Below, one piece after another: positions 7,606-15,429 of a stretch of DNA of 15,429 nucleotides. Each line of letters begins with the position of its first letter. Position 1 is the first letter of the stretch. Both the position numbers and the translations under genes were made by a program. The DNA is from Candidatus Micrarchaeota archaeon (GTDB lineage Archaea; Micrarchaeota; Micrarchaeia; Anstonellales; Bilamarchaeaceae). The stretch covers positions 1 to 15,429 of the forward strand of contig JBBSVN010000013.1 of assembly GCA_038046765.1 (NCBI GenBank), read 5' to 3'. The notes beneath the pieces are model-generated. The model searched no databases. It was not told where the DNA came from and worked only from the letters and a program-made list of their open reading frames with translations.

Positions 7606-9900
7606 TTATCCCGTACTAACAAATCCAAAGTAAACTAGAACAAGTCCCAAGAGAATTAAGAAAGCACCGTAAACAATCGCGCCAATCGTTCTTCTTTTTG
7701 GGTCAGTCATAAATTTAGCAAATGCAGCTAGTTCAAGCGCAAATACTAAAACTCCGATACCAACCGCAAGCATTTTTGATAAATTCCACGTTAAGTTTGA
7801 GTTTATTCTAACAAAGTGCAATACTGAAAACAGATATGCTAAATAAACCAATCTGTGAAGGCGCTTCCAGTTTTTAGCCCCCAATTTAGCTGTTGCCCAG
7901 TCAGTTGAAGTCAAATACAGTGGTAGATAAATTGCAAATGCCATACTTCCAAAAAGAATCGCATTTTCTAGTGGATTAAGGTTTGCAAATATTGCGCTAG
8001 GTCCAATTTGTAAAAAGATTGAAACTGCGAGCATGTGAACTATTGCAAAAGTGAATCCCCAAACTCCAAGAGTTCTTCTATGTGTAATATAATTTATTTT
8101 TGGAACTAATATTGCAAGTGGTCCAACAATTAATGCTAGTCCAATCAGTTCTGCTGCAACATAAGCTGCTGAAAGTAATATCGCCCTGTTCAATGAACCT
8201 GCTAAATTTGTTAAAAATAAATAAAAGAATTGTATGAGCCAGAATGCAATTATCACTGCGCTTGATTTTAGTACGTAGCCAATGTTCTTTTTTGCGCCAG
8301 CAAATAGTTGCGGGCCTGTTTTTGTAGTTGCTGCTGTATTCGCTGTTCCGCCTTGCATCTCTACCTCGATATCATTTCCAGTTACGCGAACTTTAAATGC
8401 CTCAACTGCTTTTGGTGCTGGTGCTCCAAGTACTGCTCCTGTTTTTATATCGAACCGTGCATTATGGAGCGGGCATTGGATTGCACCATTTTCTATTGTA
8501 CCATCGCATAGCGAACCTCCGGCATGAGTGCATGTATTATCAATCGCGTAGTATGCTCCATCCATTTTGAAAAGTGCAAGTTTTGTTCCCCCTGCGGTAA
8601 TTCCAAGAGGTTTACCTTCAACAACATCGCTTACTTTCGCTACTTTGAAAAATTCTTTAGCGCCTGTTTTTAGCATTTGCGTGCGTGGCACTGGTTTTGC
8701 AATATTCGCTTTAGTTCTTGAAAATGAAAGTAAATTCGCATAAATATTTGAATTGCCAGTTACTAAGTCCGCCACTATAGATGAAGCAAAAGTCCCAAAT
8801 ACTAAGCCGTTTCCTCCAAACCCGCAACAACTTCCTACAAATACTTTTCCTTTATAATGTGGGTGTTCAGAAGCATAGGGTAAACCATCTGATGAATCAA
8901 ATAAACTTCCTGACCAGGTGTTTGTTACCTTAAATTCTGTTTTAAAGTATTTTTCTAAAAAGTTTTGTAACTTTAAAAATGGCGATTCTTTTGAAGGCGG
9001 TTCGCTAACTGAACGGTCCGAACCTCCTAAAATTACTGTATTCTTATCGAGCCTTCTATAATAAAAATAAGGATCAAATGTATCCCAAAATAAGTTATCC
9101 GAAAACGGTACTTCATTTTCAAACTTAGCCAATATAGAGTAAGTTATTTTTGGCATAAATAATGAATGAAGTTCAGAGAAAAATTTAGGTGGTAATCCTG
9201 TTGCAACAACAAGTTTTTTTGCCTCTACTTCTCCTTTGTCTGTTTTAGCTATTACAAATTCGCCAACATCCACATCTGTAACTTCGCTCTCCTCAAATAC
9301 CTGAATTTTTTTAGATTGCGGTAGGGCAAGTAATCCTAGTAAAAATTTCCTGACATTAAATTTACCTTCGTTGGAAAATTTTATTGCCTCTTTAATTGCA
9401 GGCGAAAAGGCTATTGCTTCTTTACCCGAAATAAAAGAACTATTTGGGTCCGCTTTTTTTATCGAATCCCACTCTTGCTTTAGCACTTGGTCATCTTTAG
9501 AATACGCACAATAGAATGATGAACAGTTAGAAAAGTCGCAATTAATTTTATTTTCCTTTATTGTACTAAATAAATATTGTTGTGTTTTTGTAGTTGCTTC
9601 AAAAAGTTGTTTTACAAATTCTTCTCCGTATAGTTTTTCTAATTCACAAACTTGAGTATCAGGAACCCTAGTCATAAATCCGGTAGTAAAAGCAGTATCC
9701 CCTGTTGCCACGTGATTTTTTTCTAATATTACAACTCTTAAACCTTTGTTAGCTAAATGCCACGCAGTCATTACTCCGACTATTCCGGCACCGACTACTA
9801 CAACATCAGTTTCGATCTTTTTATCAAGACTAGAAAATCTTTTTTGGTCTGGTACTGATTCTAACCATGGCGAAATTGTTAATATATTTTCATTTTTCAT
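7606..9900 (-). CDS. FAD-dependent oxidoreductase (DAO/YhfW-like) fused to a Rieske [2Fe-2S] ferredoxin and a ferric-reductase/MsrQ-like heme-binding transmembrane domain
   Basis: Rossmann motif DVVVVGAGIVG...VVILEK, WSG...SDGLPY and GFGGNGLVFG. Rieske motifs CTH (Cys457) and CPLH (Cys476) with RFDIKTG. C-terminal multi-TM region with HRRTLGVWGFTFAIVH, YLTSTD, WKRLHRLVY and SVLHF. Confidence 0.9.
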   Translation of the reverse strand: MKNENILTISPWLESVPDQKRFSSLDKKIETDVVVVGAGIVGVMTAWHLANKGLRVVILEKNHVATGDTAFTTGFMTRVPDTQVCELEKLYGEEFVKQLFEATTKTQQYLFSTIKENKINCDFSNCSSFYCAYSKDDQVLKQEWDSIKKADPNSSFISGKEAIAFSPAIKEAIKFSNEGKFNVRKFLLGLLALPQSKKIQVFEESEVTDVDVGEFVIAKTDKGEVEAKKLVVATGLPPKFFSELHSLFMPKITYSILAKFENEVPFSDNLFWDTFDPYFYYRRLDKNTVILGGSDRSVSEPPSKESPFLKLQNFLEKYFKTEFKVTNTWSGSLFDSSDGLPYASEHPHYKGKVFVGSCCGFGGNGLVFGTFASSIVADLVTGNSNIYANLLSFSRTKANIAKPVPRTQMLKTGAKEFFKVAKVSDVVEGKPLGITAGGTKLALFKMDGAYYAIDNTCTHAGGSLCDGTIENGAIQCPLHNARFDIKTGAVLGAPAPKAVEAFKVRVTGNDIEVEMQGGTANTAATTKTGPQLFAGAKKNIGYVLKSSAVIIAFWLIQFFYLFLTNLAGSLNRAILLSAAYVAAELIGLALIVGPLAILVPKINYITHRRTLGVWGFTFAIVHMLAVSIFLQIGPSAIFANLNPLENAILFGSMAFAIYLPLYLTSTDWATAKLGAKNWKRLHRLVYLAYLFSVLHFVRINSNLTWNLSKMLAVGIGVLVFALELAAFAKFMTDPKRRTIGAIVYGAFLILLGLVLVYFGFVSTG

Positions 9901-10026
9901 AAATGTAATTGGAAAAGTGAGGATTAAAAAGCTGAGTATAAATAAAAAGATGAAATAAAAAGATAAAATTGAATCATAAAAATTAGATGTGAAAATTAAA
10001 TGCTTCTAAAAAAATCATAAAAAATC

Positions 10027-10071
10027 CAGTGGCTGTTGCCACTAGCTTTTTAAAATCGTGGATTTTAAAAA
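10027..10071 (-). terminator. Two hairpins downstream of the helicase, followed by T-rich tracts
   Basis: 11-bp perfect IR TTTTTAAAATC-GTG-GATTTTAAAAA (10047-10071) and AGTGGC-TGTT-GCCACT (10028-10043). These are followed on the minus strand by GATTTTTTATGATTTTTTT. Confidence 0.5.
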
Positions 10072-10086
10072 TTAAAAAAAATTTAT

Positions 10087-11508
10087 TTAAGCAGAGTTTC
10101 TGCTATAAAACCGGGTACCAGTGTGTTTTGGATATCTTCTTCGTTCTGGTCTTCTTTCTCCCTCTGCACCTTGCGTTCTTTCTCCGCCTTCTTTATGCTC
10201 AGAACTACCTTCTCGTCTTGGTGCCCCTTCGCTTCTGTATCCGCCTTCGCGCCTTGGACCGCCTTCTCTTGGTGCTCCACCTTCTCTAGATCCACCTTCG
10301 CGTGAACCATATCCGCCAGATCCGCCTCGGTATCCGCCACCGCCTTCACGGCTTCTGCCACCGCCGAACCTGCTTCCGCCACTTCCTGGTCTTCGTGAAA
10401 AAGAGATTCTTCTAGGTCGGTCTAAATCAGAACCTTGCAATCTTGGTTTGCTATAATCAACTTGTCTTGGTGTATAATCCGTTTCGACAAAGGTTATTGC
10501 CTTACCTTTTTTACCCATTCTACCCGTTCTTCCGATTCTGTGTGTGTGGGTATCATGTGATTGTGCCCGGTCATAATTAATTATGTGGGATACTTCTTCA
10601 ATGTGTAATCCTCGAGCTGCGACGTCTGTTGCAACCAATATGTTGAAAAATCCGTCTTGGAAATCCTTCAAAGTCCTTTCTCTTTGACTTTGGCTCTTGC
10701 CTCCATGTAAGAATCTAGCTTTTACTCCTGCTATGTTTAATTTTTTACATACAAATTCAACTGCATGCTTGGTTGATGCAAAAATAATCATCTTGCTGTC
10801 TGTTTCTTTTGCTATAATATCAACAAGTTTTTGCATTTTGTCTTTTCTTGGCAAGTTAATAAATTCTTCTTCTATACTTTCTGCTTTTCCAAGTTCACCT
10901 ACCTCGATTAATTCTGGTGAATTCATATATGTGGATGCTATTTGTTTTATCCTTGCATCAATTGTAGCAGAAAATAATAATATTTGTCTTTGGTGATTTA
11001 TTTGGGACAATATATCATCAACGTCCTCCTTAAATCCCATATCGAGCATTCGGTCTGCTTCATCTAACACAGCATAACCAATTACGCTTAAATCAAGTAT
11101 TTTTTGTCTTACATGGTCGAGTAATCTTCCAGGTGTTGCAACAAGTATGTCGTAACCACCTTTTATTAATTGTATTTGTGGTCGCATATCCTGTCCGCCA
11201 TAAATTGCATAAATTCTCATTCTGTGTGTTTTTGCGATTGCCCTTAATTCTTTAGTAATTTGCACTGCTAGTTCACGAGTTGGAGCTAGTATAAGCGCTT
11301 TACGATTTGGTTCTTTTGATAATATTTCAACTAGTGCAATTCCAAAAGCAGCAGTTTTTCCTGTACCTGTTTGGCTTCTTACTAATACTTCTTCTCCTTG
11401 TAATACTAAGGGTATTGCCTTTTCCTGAACTTCAGTTGCGTCTGTATATCCTAACATCGTTAGTGCTTCCAAAGTTTTATCACTAATACTCAAATCTTTA
11501 AATTTCAT
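10087..11508 (-). CDS. DEAD-box ATP-dependent RNA helicase (DeaD/CshA-like) with Arg/Gly/Glu-rich tail
   Basis: Q motif (ATEVQ), SQTGTGKT, PTRELA, YGG, TPGRL, DEAD, SAT, TDVAARGL and HRIGRTGR. Low-complexity REGG-repeat C-terminus. GAGG RBS upstream. Confidence 0.97.
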   Translation of the reverse strand: MKFKDLSISDKTLEALTMLGYTDATEVQEKAIPLVLQGEEVLVRSQTGTGKTAAFGIALVEILSKEPNRKALILAPTRELAVQITKELRAIAKTHRMRIYAIYGGQDMRPQIQLIKGGYDILVATPGRLLDHVRQKILDLSVIGYAVLDEADRMLDMGFKEDVDDILSQINHQRQILLFSATIDARIKQIASTYMNSPELIEVGELGKAESIEEEFINLPRKDKMQKLVDIIAKETDSKMIIFASTKHAVEFVCKKLNIAGVKARFLHGGKSQSQRERTLKDFQDGFFNILVATDVAARGLHIEEVSHIINYDRAQSHDTHTHRIGRTGRMGKKGKAITFVETDYTPRQVDYSKPRLQGSDLDRPRRISFSRRPGSGGSRFGGGRSREGGGGYRGGSGGYGSREGGSREGGAPREGGPRREGGYRSEGAPRREGSSEHKEGGERTQGAEGERRPERRRYPKHTGTRFYSRNSA

Positions 11509-11908
11509 TTTTTCATCCTCTTATTTAGAATCCGAAAAAAGTTTTTTTACTAAACTTTTTATTAAACCTAACATTTAGTACCAAAGTTTATTTCCGGATT
11601 TTTTCTTATGTTGTCAATTTTGTTTTGACATCCGATTCCGGTTATCTCCATTATTATATATCTTATATATAATATTTTTATAAAATAAGGAAACTTTAGT
11701 TAGGTTTGTCTTTCCTTATCGCACGGATACGTAAAACTCTTGGTTTTACATAGATGTGGAAAAACAATTTTCCCACAGATAACAAAAATCGCACTATCTT
11801 TGATTACTACTTTCCTTTATTTAAACCTTTGCTTTTTACATAAAATAACAATTAAATACACTACCTCGCCCAGTTCCCCTTTTAAACCTTCTCCTAAACA
11901 TTCTATCA

Positions 11909-12547
11909 ATGAGATTTATTAAAATTTTTACCTCTCTATTAGCGTTGCTTGTATTATCATCCATAAGTAGTGCTATTTTTATAGGTGTTAATGGAAGTTC
12001 ACCACCTACATGCGTGCAGGGTATAAATTTTATCTGGAACTTTTCAACAATCCAGGCTGCAGTTAATAATGCAACTACTGGAGATACTATTTATGTATGT
12101 AAAAATAGTACTAATCCGTATGGGGAACAAGTAGTTGTAAATGTATCAGTAAACATTTATGGTAATCAAAGTACAGATGTTAATTTGTCGATCCCAACTA
12201 CTGCACCAATATTATTTAATGTAACTAGCAATTGGGTAAACATAACTAATATATCATTTAATGGAGGTGATGGTACTGGAGGCACTTTTGTATCAGGTAT
12301 TCTTCTAAGTAGTTCAAATTATAGTAAAATCTACAACAACAGCTTTACTAAAAATCTCTACAATATATATGTATACAATTCCAATAACGTAACTATCGAA
12401 AATAACAGTATCGATAGACAGCAGCACGGTGGGGCTTCTGAAATATCTATCTATTTGAATTCAAGCAGTATGAATAATATTACTAATAACTCGTTTTACA
12501 CTTCAGGTGGATCGGGGGGGAACAAGCATTTCTATAAAGTTAGTTAA
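11909..12547 (+). CDS. N-terminal fragment of a large secreted parallel beta-helix (PbH1/NosD-like) surface protein
   Basis: Signal peptide MRFIKIFTSLLALLVLSSISSA, TIQAAVNNATTGDTIYV motif and Asn-ladder repeats. The frame ends 9 codons after a G7 tract (12514-12520). TATA-like TTTTAAA lies about 29 nt upstream. Confidence 0.85.
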   Translation: MRFIKIFTSLLALLVLSSISSAIFIGVNGSSPPTCVQGINFIWNFSTIQAAVNNATTGDTIYVCKNSTNPYGEQVVVNVSVNIYGNQSTDVNLSIPTTAPILFNVTSNWVNITNISFNGGDGTGGTFVSGILLSSSNYSKIYNNSFTKNLYNIYVYNSNNVTIENNSIDRQQHGGASEISIYLNSSSMNNITNNSFYTSGGSGGNKHFYKVS

Positions 12548-15429
12548 TTCAACTGATAATCTTATCTATGATAATAATATGACTGGTGCGTCTGGTACTG
12601 CTGCATTATGGGTTGCACTAGACTCACCAAGAAATAACCTTACGTCAAATAAAATAAATAGTTTAAATGCTGGTGCAAGTGGCATCTACATTGCTTCATC
12701 TTATAATGTGCTATTAAATAACTATGTTCGAAATTGGGGTGGCAGTGGGGCTTCAGGAATTTATTCTGATGCAAGCAACAACAACTATACTAATAATCTT
12801 CTTCACGGAGATAGTGATCGCGGTCCAGGTTACAGTTTTTCAAGTTCCAATAACAATAATATAATTAACAATACTGTTTCAAGTAATAATCCTGCTTCTA
12901 GTTACTCAACTAATACTGCTGGTTTTTCATTTTCAAGTAGTTCGAATAATGTTCTTATAAATACTACTGTTTTACAACCTCAACCTCCCGGTCCCGGTGT
13001 TCAATTTACTTCAAATTCTAACAATAACACGCTACAAAACATTAATGTCTCTAGCTTTTCAGGAGGTTTTTCTGCAAATGGAGTATTAATTTCTGCTAGC
13101 TATAACAATACTGTTAAAGACAGTAACTTTTCGAATTTGGATGGCGGAGCAGGTGCTGCTTCTACTGCTATAAATTTAACAAGCGGAAGCGCAAATAATA
13201 CTATCTCAAATAATAGTATGAATACAACTACTCTCTCTAGTTTCTTGGACTTAAACACAAACTCTGAAAATAATACGATTAAAGATAATGTCTTATACAA
13301 AGTTGTTCTAGGTTTTCATATTGGTGCTACTGCCAAGTACAATTTAATATTTAATAATACGGTTAGACATTCCACTACTCAAGCATTTCAAGTAAATGGT
13401 GGTAGTTCGGATAACTTATTTGAAAATAATACCGCTATTTATTGTGTCAGTTATTGTTATTATTTTTTCAATGTAAATAAGACAAATGTAACTGGAAATA
13501 ATGCTACAAACGGTCAGGCCGGATTCTATTTTACAACTGGAAGTTGGGTGATTGCAGTTAATAACACTGCATTTAACAGCTCAGAAAATGGATTTTATTC
13601 AGACATAAATAACAGCGCATTTATCAATAATACTGCGTCTTTAAGTAACGGTAGCGGATTTAATTTTACTTCTTACTCTTTTGGAATTAATTTTACAAAT
13701 AATACTGCATTCAATAATAGTTATGCTGGTATTGCATTTGCACTAGGTTCAAACTTTAGTAATTTAACAAACAATACGGCATATAAGAATTTTATCGGTT
13801 TATACATATTAAACACAAATGATACGCGAATAAGCGGAGATCATTATTATAATAATAGTTTTGATCTTCGTGTGGAAGATACAATAAACAGTAATCGTTT
13901 AATTAATTTTTCAAGAGTTATAATTGACAGTCCAAGAGGAGATTATGCTAATTATTCTAATTTATCCATAAATATGACTCTATATGGTAATAGTGCTTTC
14001 ATAATAAACTGGAGCAATCTGACTAATCTGGTTAATCTCCCTGCATCTTCGTATGTTTCATTTGGAAACAAATTCCTTAACATAACTAACGTTACTAGTA
14101 ACATTACTTTTACTAATGTTGCATGGCACTGGCAACAGAATGAGATTACACTGGGTTATGTAGAAAGTTTATTTGAAGTTTGGAAATTTAATCATACTGG
14201 AGTTTGGAATAAATTAACTACGACCTTAGATACATCTGGAAATTCATTAAATTTCGATAATATAAATACTTTTAGTCTTTTCTCAATACTTATGCTTAAC
14301 GATACCACTGCTCCAACAGTGGCACTTAATTCGCCGGTAGCTCATACTGCGTTTAGTACTGCTACGGTAAATTTCAATTTCACTGGAACAGATAATGGTG
14401 CTAGTACGCTTAATTGTACTATTTTTGTTGATGGGGTAATGAATAACTCAAACTCTTCAACTACAAATGGCAGTGCAACCAATATTACTGTTTTAAGTAT
14501 TCCCCAAGGAAACCATACCTGGTTTACACAGTGTGCTGATAGTGCAAATAACTATGCAAATGCAACTGCAAGAAATTTCACTGTAGATACTACTGTTCCA
14601 GCAATTACTCTCAATACTCCTGTTGCAAATAACATTTCAAACATAACTACTGGTAATTTTGCATTTACGCCTACAGATAATGTTGCAACTTCTTTCAACT
14701 GTTCAATTTCGATTGATGGAACACTAAGGGTCAGTAATGCCTCAACCATCAATAATACTGCAACTAATTTAAGTTTAGTCAGTTTAGGGCAAGGTAATCA
14801 CACTTGGTTTGCAAGTTGTTCTGATACTGTCAATAATTCAGTAAATACTTCTGCTCAGAATTTTTCTATTGATAGTGTGGCTCCAAGTATTACTCTTAAT
14901 TACCCAATTAATCATACTGTCTTTAGTTCAAGCACGGTAAACTTTACTATAACTGCCACGGATAATCTGGCACTACCAATGAACTGTTCAATATTTGTTG
15001 ACGGTTCCTTAAACTTATCTAATACTTCAACTATCAATAATACTGCAACTAACCTAAGTTTAACTGGAATAGGACAGGGCAATCACACGTGGTATTCAGT
15101 ATGTTTAGATATGGCTAACAATTCTATAACGACTGGTTCAAGAAATTTCACTGTAGATACTACTGTTCCAGCAATTACTCTCAATACTCCTGTTGCAAAT
15201 AATATTTCAAATGTAAGCACAATGAACTTTAGTTTTACTCCATCTGACAATACAATCGGTGCATTAAATTGTTCATTAACTGTTGATGGAACCTTAATAT
15301 TCAGTAATACCTCAACTCAAAATAATACTGTAACAAATATTAGTTTAACGAGTCTTGGGGAATCAAATCATACGTATGTAATTGGTTGTTCAGATTTAGC
15401 AAATAATTCAGTAAATAGCAGTGCAACTA
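12522..15429 (+). CDS. Continuation of the large surface glycoprotein (beta-helix repeats, PGF-pre-PGF-like domain, tandem Ig-like repeats); open to the window end
   Basis: Hand translation from 12522 gives TSISIKLVNSTDNLIYDNNMTG... with no stop to 15429 (~969 codons; first in-frame ATG at 12579). The ORF track misses it because it lacks a stop. It contains beta-helix repeats (GIYIASSYNVLLNN, NNTAFN...GF), a ...WNKLTT...FSLFSI domain ending near 14290, then DTTxP-initiated repeats. Confidence 0.9.
14301..15429 (+). repeat. Tandem 285-bp (95-aa) Ig-like domain repeats, at least 4 copies
   Basis: Units start at 14301 (DTTAP), 14586 (DTTVP), 14871 (DSVAP) and 15156 (DTTVP, truncated by the window). 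Each has DN...NC..xVDG/IDG...NHTW/Y...C.D..NN with two conserved Cys. Confidence 0.92.

Noticed and set aside
7606..8280. Calling the TM domain msrQ of an MsrPQ system
   Set aside because: No msrP molybdoenzyme gene is in the window and the domain is fused to a flavoprotein, so the gene symbol is not justified.
274..8527. Short + strand ORFs 274..474, 3848..4096, 5158..5343, 6207..6404, 8282..8527 and 8308..8511
   Set aside because: All overlap better-supported minus-strand genes. The Cys-rich 8308..8511 is a by-product of antisense Ala/Thr codons.
10029..10996. ORFs 10029..10289, 10083..10382, 10121..10456, 10123..10305 and 10697..10996
   Set aside because: Alternative-frame or antisense shadows of the helicase, mostly caused by the stop-poor GC-rich tail.
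11755..11777. DnaA-box-like 9-mers (TGTGGAAAA / TTTCCCACA) as a replication origin
   Set aside because: Only two imperfect copies, no dnaA or cdc6 nearby, and the context looks archaeal.
9746..11922. ORFs 9746..9958 and 11740..11922
   Set aside because: TTG starts, no RBS and no recognisable motifs. They overlap the starts or promoters of real genes.
13100..14752. Minus-strand ORFs 13100..13300 and 14552..14752
   Set aside because: Antisense to the long open + frame of the surface protein.
14569..15211. Repeat pair as a DGR template/variable repeat or a CRISPR array
   Set aside because: The copies are identical apart from C/T changes at the edge rather than adenine-specific differences. 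No reverse transcriptase or cas gene is in the window, and the spacing equals two protein repeat units.

Overview
AT-rich, gene-dense window that looks archaeal. Several genes have TATA-like boxes about 30 nt upstream of the start codon, some have GGTG(A)-type RBS, and there is a sequon-saturated surface protein. DPANN/Micrarchaeota-like origin is my inference. Contents in order: a hypothetical gene; a stand-alone carB; a 2-TM orphan; a putative type II TA pair (DUF4258-like toxin whose apparent start reads ATG-TAA, plus a Zn-ribbon/AbrB-like antitoxin); a sensor-less sigma54-type enhancer-binding AAA+ protein with an intact GAFTGA loop; and a tightly coupled minus-strand unit of a FAD oxidoreductase-Rieske-heme-b membrane triple fusion, a CorA-fold transporter lacking GMN and a 43-aa peptide. 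These are followed by a DEAD-box helicase and a very large secreted beta-helix/Ig-repeat protein that is split by a +1 frameshift in a G7 tract and runs off the window. The best candidates for new biology are the FAD-[2Fe-2S]-heme fusion with its atypical CorA partner, the sigma54 activator in an apparently archaeal context, and the possible poly-G switch in the surface protein. No RNA genes, CRISPR arrays or transposases were seen.
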